From Eledone cirrhosa (lineage: Eukaryota): a stretch of DNA of 64,000 nucleotides. The position numbers were made by a program, and so were the translations under genes. Where the stretch lies: NCBI GenBank assembly GCA_964016885.1, contig OZ024740.1, positions 104,284,001-104,348,000 of the forward strand, written 5' to 3'. Position 1 is the first letter of the stretch. Every line of letters begins with the position of its first letter. This document shows, one piece after another, positions 1 through 11,959 of the stretch. Below the pieces are notes generated by a model that did not search any database, was not told the origin of the DNA, and saw nothing but the letters and a program-made list of their open reading frames with translations.

Positions 1-874
1 TAGGAAAGGCGTAGGTAGAAACTCCATTTTATGTCCCAAATGCAAAGTATAGGCGCATGTAGTGGGATCACAGGTAAGCTAATTAAGAATATAGATTTTA
101 TATGTGGCCGGTGCTCTGGTGCAATAAGTAGCAGCAAGTGCCCACAGAATACTAGCTCATTCCATTGCACAGATGGTTCTATAGAAATAGTGGACACCTT
201 TCGTTACCTCGGTGACAAAATCAGCAGTGGTGGAGGGTGCTCTGAAAGTACAGTAGCTAGAGTCAGAACGGGATGGAAAAAGTTCAGAGAGCTTATACCA
301 CTATTGGCCGCTAAAGGGTTCTCTCTAAAAATGAAAGGCAGGTTGTATGATGCCTGCATACAAACAGCAATGTTACATGGAAGTGAGACTTGGGCATTGT
401 GTGCAGAGGATATATGCAGACTGGAGAGGAACGAAGCTTGCATGCTCCGTTGGATGTGTAATAGTAATATACGTGAACAGCAAAGCATAAATGAACTAAG
501 GGAGAAATTAGGAATAAGAGGGATCAGATGTTGTTTACTCGAGAGAAGACTATGTTGGTATGGTCACGTGATGCGCATGAAAGACGACAGCTGTATAAAA
601 AAGTGCAGGGCGATAAAAATAGACGATAACCACGGAGTAGGCAGAGCCAGAAAAACCTGGGACAACTTGATAAATTCCTACCTCACACACTTACACCTCT
701 CCAAGACAATGTCACTGGACCGAGATCTTTTGCGCTACGCAGTAATACAGAAGACCCGCCTTGCCTAAGTGCAAAGCGAAACCTACAGTCAGTAGGCACC
801 TCTTACCAAAATACACACCCATCCCACTACCTCCACCTCATCCACACCACCCCCTTGCGATGTAAAGTTATGTT
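1..874 (+). mobile_element. RTE LINE subfamily A, 3' portion (runs off window 5'; 3'UTR truncated by a PLE-like cassette)
   Basis: ORF 31..768 has RTE C-terminal motifs (FRYLG, GWKKFREL, LHGSETW, ERRLCWYGHVMRM). Near-identical to copies at 5061, 8241 and 25790. Confidence 0.93.
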
Positions 875-1391
875 CTATTTTTTTAAATAGAACATAAGGG
901 CAAATTAGAGAACATAAAAATAATAGAATCTACACACAGAAAAGAAAAGACGCAATGTTTAGACAAATCACAGAGGCAATAAACATAAATGAACTCCAAC
1001 CAAAATTAAATAGAAAACATGAATGGTAACATTTAAATAAACAAATAAATAAACAAATAAAAACACACACAGACAAATAAAAACACACACAGACACCCGG
1101 ATGTAACACATACGCAAACTAAGCACACAACACACACAAAAAGAAGATGGCGTAGGACAGAACAAAGGAGAGGCACAAAACAAAGAAAAGAATCCCCAGT
1201 CACTGAAGAGGTCACAGAATGTGTGACGAAAGAACTTTGACAATATATGAACCACCGTCCGGTTATGGAACCAACCAACCAACCGGATATTTTTATAAAT
1301 TCTTAAATTTATAAATTTAATTTATAATAAATTGGAGTGAAAGTAACTGGTGCGTGTGTTTCTTATTGGCAACATGACCCTCCCAAAGCAT

Positions 1392-1396
<5 letters not shown>
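868..1396 (+). mobile_element. Non-coding PLE pseudo-LTR-like cassette with 5' fold-back and HHR-like motif, ending in (TA)n
   Basis: Hairpin ttatgttctattt/aaatagaacataa at 868-897; HHR-like motif at 1199-1241; (TA)n from about 1396. Confidence 0.5.
1199..1241 (+). ncRNA. Minimal, degenerate type I hammerhead ribozyme
   Basis: gtca CTGAAGA g gtcaca gaatg tgtgac GAAA gaac TT tgac. Stem I 4 bp, stem II 6 bp with one unpaired G, weak stem III. Confidence 0.55.
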
Positions 1397-1429
<33 letters not shown>

Positions 1430-1431
<2 letters not shown>

Positions 1432-4400
1432 ATGCTAACTAACTCTCTCCTCCTCTAGCACATCCCAACACACCCTGCCATTACCCCACCACCACTGTTC
1501 TTCTAGCCCTCAATTTTCCCACCGTTATGGATGGATGAGCTGAGAATACATTTGAGCAACTCTGAAACAATAGATGAAATATGAATCTGCGAGCTACTAA
1601 GCACCCACGTGAAGCGCCAACCCAGAGACCCTCCCCTACGAGTGTCGACAAATGCCCAAAACTCCGAGTTGGTACCATCAATGGAGGCTCAATGAAAGGA
1701 AGAGCAGGAGAAATCGTAGAAATGCTAGAGCGAAAGGAAGTTGATGTATGCTGTGTGCAAGAGACTAGATGGAGAGGAGGGTCTGCTAGAGTCCTTGTAG
1801 GAAAAAGCCAGTGCTACAAATTTTTCTGGGTGGGAAATGACGATGGGATGGGTGGTGTAGGTATACTATTAGCTGACAAGTGGGTAGCTAAAGTAATCTC
1901 AGTGTACAGGGTAAATGCAAGAATCATTAAATTCAGACTAGTCCTGAATAAGACAATTACCACAATAATATCAGCTTACGCACCCGAATCGGGGCTGCCA
2001 GATGAACTTAAGGATAGGTTTTACGAGTCCCTAATACACACTACTGCTCTAACAGACGACAAGGACTTCCTAATCATTGCAGGAGATTTTAACGGACACG
2101 TAGGTAAACACTGCGACGGCTTCAATAGAGTACATGGAGGCCATGGAGTTGGCACAAGGAATGAGGAAGGATTCAGACTTCTAGAATTCTGCGACGCTAA
2201 TGACATGTCGATATGTAACACAAACTTTAAAAAACCCGACAACCACCTGATCACCTATAGATCAGGGGAGCACTCTAGTCAGTTAGATTTTATCCTCATC
2301 AGAGGACGTGACAGATGGACGGTCGTAAACACAAAAGCCTTCCCTAGTGAGGAATGTACATCCCAACATAGCTTAGTTGTCAGTGACCTCATGGTCAGAA
2401 CTAGACGAACCCGGAAACAGAGGCCAACCTGGAGAAGAAAGATCTGGAAGCTGAAAGTCCCCTCAACCAGTAACAGATTTAAAGATATTTTACTCAACGC
2501 CTACGACAGTAAAGAAGAACAGATAGAGACATTTAACGTAGAAGAGAACTGGGAATTCCTAAAAAATAACTTACTAGAGGCGACGGATGAGGTTTATGGC
2601 TGGAGTAAGACCTCAAGCAGGAGGAGAGTGACTTGGTGGTGGAACAATAAGGTAGATGAAGCAGTCAAGGCCAAGAGACAGGCATGGAAAGAATGGAAGA
2701 ACGGGGGGAGCAGGGTACATTACATAAAGACCAAGAGGGAAGCTAGGCGACAAGTATACTTAGCTAGGAGGGAAGCAGAGGATAGAAAATTCAAGCATGT
2801 TTTACAACGTGAGGACCAGAAACAGGAGGTATTCAAGATTGCGAGGCAGTGTGTCAGAGATAGTTGTGATGTCATTGGAGAGAAGTGTATCCGGAATGAT
2901 AAAGGTGAGCTTGCCCTCACAAGTGCTGAGAAGAAAGATGCATGGAAGAGTCATTATGATAGATTACTAAATGAGGAGAATGCATGGGAAGAAGAGACCC
3001 TACCCCATGTAGACCCTATAGAGGGACCAGCAGTACAAGTCAGCGGCAGCGTAGTAAGTAAGGCAATCAGAGATATGAAGATGGGGAAGGAAACCGGTCC
3101 ATCGGGTATAGCTGCCGAGATGCTGAAGGCATCTGGGTCTGTAGGTCACACTATAACCACACGTATCGTTAACCAGGTAATACTAGAAGGGGCCATACCA
3201 AAAGATTGGTGCAGTAGCATCATTGTCAACTGCTACAAAGGTAAAGGCGATGCACTAGATAGAGGAAACTATAGAGGTATAAAGTTGATGGACCAGGTCA
3301 TGAAAGTAACAGAAAGAGTTATAGCACAGCTGATTAGGGACCGGGTGAATATAGACGAGATGCAATTTGGGTTTGTACCAGGGAGAGGCACCACTGATGC
3401 CCTCTTCCTTGTGAGGCAATTACAGGAAAAGTACCTAGCTAAAAGTAAGCCACTCTACTTGGCATTTGTCGACCTTGAGAAAGCCTTTGACAGTAATCTG
3501 CGGTAATCTGGTGGGCTCTTAGAAAACTAGGAGTAGATGAATGGCTTGTGAAAGCTGTACAAGCCATGTATAGGGGAGCAGTCAGCAAAGTTAGGATTAG
3601 CAATGAGTATAGCGAGGAATTTAGCGTACAGGTTGGGGTTCACCAGGGCTCTGTTCTTAGCCCTCTCCTGTTCATCATAGTCCTGCAGGCAATAACGGAG
3701 GAGTTTAAGACCGGATGCCCATGGGAACTCCTGTATGCTGATGACCTCGCACTCATAGCTGAATCTATGGTAGAACTAGAGAATAAATTCCAAACCTGGA
3801 AGCAGGGACTAGAGAGAAAGGGCCTCAAAGTCAACATGACAAAGACTAAGATCCTTGTAAGTAGACGAGAAAACAGAACCCAGATCCCCTCAGGGAAATG
3901 GCCTTGCTCAGTATGTAGGAAAGGTGTAGGTAGGAACTCCATTCTCTGCCCCAAATGCAAACAATGGGTACACAAGAGATGTAGCGGGATCTCAGGAAGC
4001 TTAATTAAGAATGTAGGATTCACATGCAGCAGCTATGCTGAAACAGCAAGCAAACAGCCACAGGAAACAAGTACCACCAATCTCTGGGAGGGCCCTGTAG
4101 AAACAGTAGACAGCTTCTGCTACCTAGGTGACCGAATTAGCAACGGAGGTGGGTGCTCAGAAAGTACAATAACTAGGGTAAGAACGGGATGGAAGAAGTT
4201 TAGGGAACTACTACCACTGCTAGCTGCAAAAGGCTTTTCCCTCAGAAGGAAAGGCAGACTGTATGATGCGTGTATCCGAACAGCGATGTTGCATGGTAGT
4301 GAGACCTGGGCGCTGAAGGTGGAAGACTTACGTAGATTAGAGAGACACGAAGCCTGCATGCTCCGATGGATGTGTAACAGTAATATACGTGAACGACAAA

Positions 4401-5003
4401 GCATAAAGGAATTGAGAGAGAGACTGAGCATAAGAGGAATCAAATGCTGCGTGCAGGAGAGGCGGTTACGCTGGTATGGACATGTGATGCGTATGAAGGA
4501 TGACAGCTGCATAAAAAGGTGCACAGCACTAGAAGTTGATGGAAACCGTGGAGTGGGGAGACCCAAGATGACTTGGGATGAGGTGATAAAAGCCGACCTT
4601 ACCCAACTACACCTCTCAAAGACAATGACACACGACCGTGACTTCTGGCGTCACGCAGTAATACAGAGTACCCGACCTCCCATGGGTACATGCTGAAGCA
4701 TATAAACAATATGCCCCCACTCCCCCCACCGCAAGGTGGTCGTGGAGGTGCCACGGCAAAAAAAAAGCACCCAGCCCACACTGTAAAGTGGACGTGTAGG
4801 CGCCACAAAAAAGCACCCAGCACTCACTGTAAATGAGGTTGGTGTTAGGAAGGGCATCCAGCTGTAGAAATCAAGCCAGATCAGTTCCTGTATGAGCAAG
4901 GCATGGTCAGCCGACCAGACACTGCCCACAACAGGACAACCTGTCTAACCCATGCTAGCGTGGAAGAACGGACGTAAAACGGTGATGATGATGATGATGA
5001 TGA

Positions 5004-5007
<4 letters not shown>
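1430..5007 (+). mobile_element. RTE LINE subfamily B, near full length, one frameshift; (GAT)n tail
   Basis: APE endonuclease plus RT, 3'UTR with internal repeats, (GAT)n tail at about 4984-5007. The 5' boundary is approximate. Confidence 0.95.
1581..4696 (+). pseudogene. RTE ORF (APE endonuclease, RT, PHD-like finger, C-terminal domain) broken at about 3494
   Basis: ORF 1581..3506 has CCVQETRW, SAYAP, AGDFNGHVG, QLDFIL, QFGF, AFVDLEKAFD. ORF 3548..4696 has VGVHQGSVLSP, LLYADDL, WYGHVMRM. Confidence 0.93.
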
Positions 5008-5060
<53 letters not shown>

Positions 5061-5063
<3 letters not shown>

Positions 5064-6098
5064 CAGCAAGTGCCCACAAAATACTAGCTCTTTCAATTGC
5101 GCAGAGGGTTCTATAGAAATAGTGGACAGCTTCCGTTACCTGGGCGATAAAATCAGCAGTGGGGGAGGGTGCTCTGAAAGTACTGTAGCTAGAGTCAGAA
5201 CTGGTTGGAAAAAGTTCAGAGAGCTTATACCACTATTAGCTGCTAAAGGGTTCTCACTAAAAATGAAAGGCAGGTTGTACGATGCCTGCATACGAACAGC
5301 AATGCTGCATGGCAGTGAGACCTGGGCATTGTGTGCAGAGGATATACGCAGACTAGAGAGGAACAAAGCTTGCATGCTCCGCTGGATGTGTAACAGTAAT
5401 ATACGTGAACGGCAAAGCATAAACGAACTAAGGAAAAAATTAGAGATAAGAGGGATCAGATGTTGTTTACTCGAGAGAAGGCTACGTTGGTATGGACACG
5501 TGATGCGCATGAAAGTCGACAGCTGTATAACAAAGTGCAGGGCAATAAAGATAGACGGTAGTCACGGAATAGGCAGACCTAGAAAAACCTGGGACGAGCT
5601 GATAAACTCCGACATCACACACTTACACCTCTCTAAGACAATGTCACTGGACCGAGACCTTTGGCGGTACTCAGTAACAGAGAAGACCCGCCTTACCTAA
5701 ATATATAGTAAAACCTACTCCAGCCAGTAGGCATCTCTAACAAAATACACCCCGTCCCAACACCACCACCCCCACCCCATCCACACCACCCCGTTCTATG
5801 TAAAGTTATGTTGGTGCCGCGCCATCGAGGCCGAAACAAATGAGATCGTGTAGGTGTCACGACAAAAAAACACACAGTCCACGCTGTAATGTGGCCGTGT
5901 AGGCAACACGGTAAAAACATCCCAGACCCACACTGTAAATGTGGTTGGTGTTAGGAAGGGCATCCAACTGTAGAAAACCTGCCAGACAGTCCTATGCGAG
6001 CAAGACAATCACTCTTGCCTCAAGTGGGACTACCCCCATCCAAACCCATGCAAGCGTGGAACACAGACGTTAAACGTTGATGATGATGATGATGATGA
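5061..6098 (+). mobile_element. RTE subfamily A, 5'-truncated, inserted in (TA)n
   Basis: ORF 5122..5700 plus 3'UTR and (GAT)n tail. Nearly identical to 27803-28831. Confidence 0.95.
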
Positions 6099-6804
6099 TA
6101 TATATATAATAAAATGTAGGAATCTCAAATGCAAAAAATAACTGTAACGACAGTTGATCACTATAAATAATAACTTAGAAAAGCAAGTAAAAAGCCCAAT
6201 CTTTTTAGCTATTGTTTATACTGATTGACTGTTGTTACAGTTATTTTGTGCATTTGGGATCCCACATTTTCAAATTTCAAATCATCTAAGTGTTTTGATA
6301 ATTCCTAAGATATATATGTATATATATATATATACACATACATTCATATACATGTACAGACCTAGATATCATACACTGTGATTCTGTGATCGATACAATT
6401 AGTCCATCCATTCATCTATCCATCTATCCATCCATCTATTCATTCATTCATCCATTTATTCATCCAATAGTCCATCTTCAATATAAACAGCTATGAGTCA
6501 CATCCGTATCTGATATAGTCAGTAATTAAAGCTTGAATTATTTAGTGTTGATGGAATCTGATTGTCTTCATAGCAATGCTATTGTTTCCTGTTGCAAAAA
6601 GAATTAGGTGCTGCCATCACACCATTTCTTACTTCTTCATCTTTCATTATGACAACATTCTATTGTCGACATACAATTCTACCACTCTTGCCAATTCAAT
6701 ATCTTAGCTCCAAACAAGAATGACTTTCTTCTGATTTTATAGGTTTTGGTAGTTTTATGGTTTGGCTTCCTGGTTTCTTCTTTAAGCTTGTCCTTAGTCT
6801 ATTG

Positions 6805-6913
6805 TGTATGTGTATGTGCATGCATATATGTATATGTATGTGTGTGTAAGGGTGTGTATGTGTATATTCTATGTGTGACTGTATGCATGCATGTGAGCAT
6901 GTGTATGTGTGTA

Positions 6914-6964
<51 letters not shown>

Positions 6965-7125
6965 ATGTCTATGTGTGACTGTATGCATTCATGTGAGCAT
7001 GAGTATGTGTTTGTGTATGTGTTTGTGTGTGTGGGCATTTCTATGAATGACTATGCATGCAAGTGAGCATGTGTATGTGTTACGGTATGCTTGCATGTGT
7101 TTGATCGCTTTTGAGTTTGTGTGTA

Positions 7126-7156
<31 letters not shown>

Positions 7157-7290
7157 ATGTATGTGTGCATGAGTGAGAGTGTGAATGCATATATTTGCAT
7201 CAGCATTGGTACATGTACAGATGTATGTTTTTGTATGAACTATGTGTGTGTTTGTGTGGGGCTGTGTGTGAATGTAAGTGTATGATTTAG
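6805..7290. repeat. Compound (TG)n/(TGTA)n microsatellite
   Basis: Seen directly; it generates spurious VC/HT-rich ORFs. Confidence 0.9.
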
Positions 7291-7350
7291 TGTGGTTATT
7301 GTAGTAAGTGTTGCCATTGTTTAACCTCAGGCAAGCCATAATTTAGTATG

Positions 7351-7806
7351 CCTATAGTCAAATACATCCTGTTTATTATTCAGACATGTATATATGACCA
7401 GAATATCTATGGTCAAATACATTCTCTCTATCATTCAGACATGTATATATGACTTCTAAGGGGTTTGTAAGGGTGCCATATTGATATATGGCATTTCTAG
7501 GGCATTTTTTAAACCTGGCAGAGCCCATCTTCTCTCCAGGTCTGAATACAGCAGATTTCTTCCAGAAAAGGATAGAAAGAGTGTGAGAAAAGAAGTGAGA
7601 AAGAGATATAGAGGAAGAATCAACCCAGTGCATTTTGTATTGACCTTGAATGGATGAAAGGCAAAGATGACCTTGGCAGGATTTGAACTGAGATTTGATC
7701 CCACGTTCTAATGACTCTGCTAATTTGCCACCCATGACTAGAATATCTATAGTCAAATACGTTCTCTCTTTTATTCAGGCATGTATATATGACTAGAATA
7801 TCTATT
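7351..7806 (+). repeat. Imperfect ~55-bp tandem units interrupted by a minus-strand SINE (about 7600-7735)
   Basis: The unit ctatagtcaaatac...ttcagacatgtatatatgac recurs at about 7351, 7407 and 7747. Confidence 0.6.
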
Positions 7807-7943
7807 GTGTCACTCCTTTTTTAAAAATTATAGGACGTTATTTGAAAGAGATTTAACTGCTATTGCTAGCAAGTATGCATAGATGATTTCTCAATGGGTA
7901 TATACAGAACACATTACTCTCTCTGTCTCTGTATATATATATA

Positions 7944-8162
7944 TCATCATCATCATTTCATTTTACGTCCGCTTTTTCCCTGCTTGCAAGGGTGGGACGG
8001 GAACGGATTCTGGCTTGATTTCTACAGCTGAATGCCCTTCCTAACATCAACCTCATTTACAGTGAGTGGTGGGTGCTTTTTTGTAATGGCACCTGCACGA
8101 CCACTTTGCAGTGGAATGATAGGGACCCCAGTCCCTATCATCTCATTTCTACAGTTGGCTAA
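7944..8162 (-). mobile_element. SINE-like element with RTE-type 3' tail (same family as 62543-62845)
   Basis: Shares the atgatagggac..gtccctatcat hairpin, the ggaagggcat.cagctgtagaaa motif and a (GAT)n end. Confidence 0.75.
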
Positions 8163-8204
8163 TAAAGACTTTTGATGTATTGAAGGCTTCTTTGTTTTAT
8201 TTTC

Positions 8205-8240
<36 letters not shown>

Positions 8241-8243
<3 letters not shown>

Positions 8244-11200
8244 TCATCATCATCATCGTTTAACGTCCATATTCCACGCTTGCATGGGTTTGGACGGGGG
8301 TTTTCTCACTTGAGGCAAGAGTGGCTGTCTTGCTCGCATAGGACTGTCTGGCGGGTTTTCTACGGCTGGATGCCCTTCCTAACACCAACCACATTTATAG
8401 TGTGGACTGGGAGGTTTTTACCGTGTTGCCTACACGGCCACATTACAGCGTGGACTGTGTGTTTTTTTGTCGTGACACCTACACGACCTCATTTGTTTCG
8501 GGCTGGATGTTGTGACACCAACATAACTTTACATTGAAAGGGGTGGTGTTGATGGGGTGGGGGTAGTGGGACGGGGTGTATTTTGTTAGAGGTGCCTACT
8601 GACTGTAGTAGGTTTCACTTTGTATTTAGGTAAGGCAGGTCTTCTCTAATACTGTGTAGTGCCAAAGCTCTCGGTCCAGTGACATTGCCTTGGAGACGTG
8701 TAAGTGTGTGAGGTCGGAATTTATCAAGTCGTCCCAGGTTTTTCTGGGTCTGCCTACTCCGTGGCTACCGTCTATTTTTATTGCCCTGCACTTTTTTATA
8801 CAGCTGTCGTCTTTCATGCGCATCACGTGACCATACCAACGTAGTCTTCTCTCGAGTAAACAACATCTGATCCCTCTTATTTCTAATTTCTCCCTTAGTA
8901 CGTTTATGCTTTGCCGTTCACGTATGTTACTATTACACATACAGCGGAGCATGAAAGCTTCGTTTCTCTCCAGTCTGCGTATATCCTCTGCACACAATGC
9001 CCAGGTCTCACTGCCATGTAACATTGCTGTTCGTATGCAGGCATCATACAGCCTGCCCTTCATTTTTAGAGAGAACCCTTTAGTGGCCAACAATGGTATA
9101 AGCTCTCTGAACTTTTTCCATCCTGTTCTGACCCTAGCTACTGTACTTTCAGAGCACCCTCCACCGCTGCTGATTTTGTCACCCAGGTAACGGAAGGTGT
9201 CCACTATTTCTATAGAACCATCTGTGCAATGGAATGAGCTAGTATTCAGTGGGCACTTGCTGCTACTTATTGCACCAGAGCACCGGCCACATATAAAATC
9301 TATATTCTTAGATAGTTTACCTGTGATCCCACTACATCTTTTATGTACCCATACTTTGCATTTGGGACATAAAATGGAGTTTCTACCTACTCCTTTCCTA
9401 CACACTGAGCATGGCCATTTCCCAGATGGGACCAGTGCCCTATTTTCCTTCCTACAAACTAGAACTTTAGTCTTAGACAAGTTAACTTTAAGGCCTTTTG
9501 ATTCTAGGCCATGCTTCCATGTTTGGAATTTCTTCTCTAGTTCAGCCATTGATTCAGCTATGAGCGTTAGACCATCTGCATATAGGAGTTCCCATGGGCA
9601 GCCGGTCTTGAACTCCTCTGTTATAGCCTGAAGGGCAATAATAAATAGTAGGGGGCTAAGGACGGAGCCCTGATGAACACCAACTTTTACGCTAAACTCT
9701 TCACTATATTCGTTGTTAATTCTAACCTTGCTGGCTGTTTCTTTATACATGGCTTGTATAGCTCTCACAAGCCATTTATCAACACCTAGTTTTCTAAGGG
9801 CCCACCAGATAATCGAGCGGGGTACTCTATCAAAGGATTTCTCCAAGTCAACAAAAGCTAAGTATAGGGGTTTACTTTTAGCTAGGTACTTCTCCTGTAG
9901 TTGTCGTACAATGAAAAGAGCGTCTGTTGTACTTTTACCTGACACAAACCCGAACTGCATTTCGTCTAGATCAATTCGCTCTCTGATTAGTTGCGCTATT
10001 ACTTTTTCTGTGACCTTCATGACCTGGTTAATTAATTTAATGCCTCTATAGTTTCCCCTATCTAGGGCATCACCTTTACCCTTGTAGCAGTTAATGATGA
10101 TGCTGCTGCGCCAGTCCTTCGGAACAACCCATTCTGTATGACTTGGTTTACTATCCGGGTGACCATAGTGTGTCCCACCGTTCCAGATGCTTTCAGCATT
10201 TCGGCAACTATTTCCGAAGGCCCGGCCGCCTTGCTCGTCTTCATGTCTTTGATCGCCTTACATATTATACTACCTTCAACTTGCACTGCTGGTCCCTCTA
10301 TTGGGTCGATGTGGGGGAGACTGTCTTTCTCCCAATTATTCTCTTCATTTAGTAGCCTTTCGTAGTGACACTTCCAAGCTACCTTCTTATCAGCATCAGT
10401 GATGGCAAGTACACCATCATCATTTAGGACACACTTCTCCCCGACAATATCACTGTTTTCCTTGACACATTGCCTAGCAATCCTGAACACCTCACGTTTT
10501 TGGTCCTCGCGTTGTAGAACATGCTTGAACTTTCTTTCCTCTGCTTCCCTTCTTGCGAAGTACACTTGTCTCCTAGCTTCCCTCCTGGCCACTTGATAGT
10601 CTTCTCTACTTCCCCCATCCCCCCATGCTTTCCAAGCCTGCTTTTTGGCCTTGATTGACCTCTCCACCTTACTGTTCCACCACCAAGTTACTCTCCTCCT
10701 GCCTATAGGCCTGCTCCAGCCACAGGTTTCATCTGTCGCCTTCAGCAGGTTAGCTTTCAGGAATTCCCACTGTTCCTCTATATTGTACGACTCTAATTGC
10801 TCTTTCTTACTATCAAAAGCTTCAAGTAATATGCTTTGAAATTTATTTCTGGCTGTGGGGTCCTTTAATTTCCATATTTTTCTCCTGAGGATAGTCCTCT
10901 TCTGTTGTCGAATACGTCTCGTCCTGACTATGAGGTCGCTGATTATGAGTCTATGTTGAGACGTGCATTCTTCATGGGGAAGGGATTTAGTGTTTACAAC
11001 AGACACTCTGTCACGTCTCCTGGTAAGGATATAATCTACCTAGCTTGTGTGTTCCCCCGATCTATAGGTGATCAGGTGATTGTCTCGTTTTTTTAAGTTA
11101 GTGTTACAGATAGTTAGGTTATTTGCGTCACAGAATTCCAGGATTCTGGAGCCTTCCTCATTTCTAGTACCAAACCAATAGCCTCCATGGATTCCGTCAT

Positions 11201-11900
11201 AGCCGTCACAATGTTGTCCGTGACCATTTAGGTCGCCTGCAATACTTATATAGTCACTGTCGGTTATTTGGGAGGTAGTGAGCATCAGTGTCTCATAGAA
11301 TCTGTCTTTTATAGTGCCGGGCAGTCCGGATTGGGGTGCGTACGCAGATATTACTGTCACCGTAGTTCTATTGAGGACAAGTCTTATTTTAATTATTCTG
11401 TCGTTCACTCTATTTACGTCTATTATCTTATCTGCCCACTTTTCTGCTACCATGATTCCTACCCACCCAGCCCATTGTCATTTCCCACCCAGAAAAGCTT
11501 ATAGCATCGTTCTTTACCCACGATGAATCTAGCAGACCCACCCCTCCACCTGGTCTCTTGAATACAACAAACATCGACCTCCTTACGTTCAAGCATTTCT
11601 ACAACCTCGTTAGAGCGACCCTTTAAGGTGCCTACATTCATGGTACCAACTTTGAAGTTTTGGATTGCGTTTGGAGGGTGGGAGCGGTGGGGCGCGGGAG
11701 GGGGGAGATGGGGTTATGTTAGCCATCCGCGGCCGAAACAAAGAGGAGGAGTGCTTGTATTCTCGTCCACGAGGTGAATTTGTCTTTATCTTTGGCATTG
11801 TCACTGAGCGTCCAGATTTTTCTTTTCAACTCTCCAGAATTCCGTAGTCCATCCATCATATCGAAAGGCAGCCAGGTAAGCGATAGTATAGGCCTCTGAC
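8241..11900 (-). mobile_element. RTE subfamily A, near full length, several frameshifts
   Basis: ORF pieces 11459..11641, 11040..11453, 10062..11006 and 8626..10020 give APE then RT. The YADD motif is mutated to YADG. (ATC)n tail at 8241. Confidence 0.95.
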
Positions 11901-11959
11901 TTATGATTGGTCCATGTAATAATAATGGTGGTGCGTGGGGGCGGGTGGGAGGGATATTG

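Noticed and set aside
3640-4566. Recurrent antisense ORFs opposite the RTE RT (also 8906-10051, 27438-28379, 37787-38587)
   Set aside because: Codon-bias shadows of the sense ORF, with boundaries that vary among copies.
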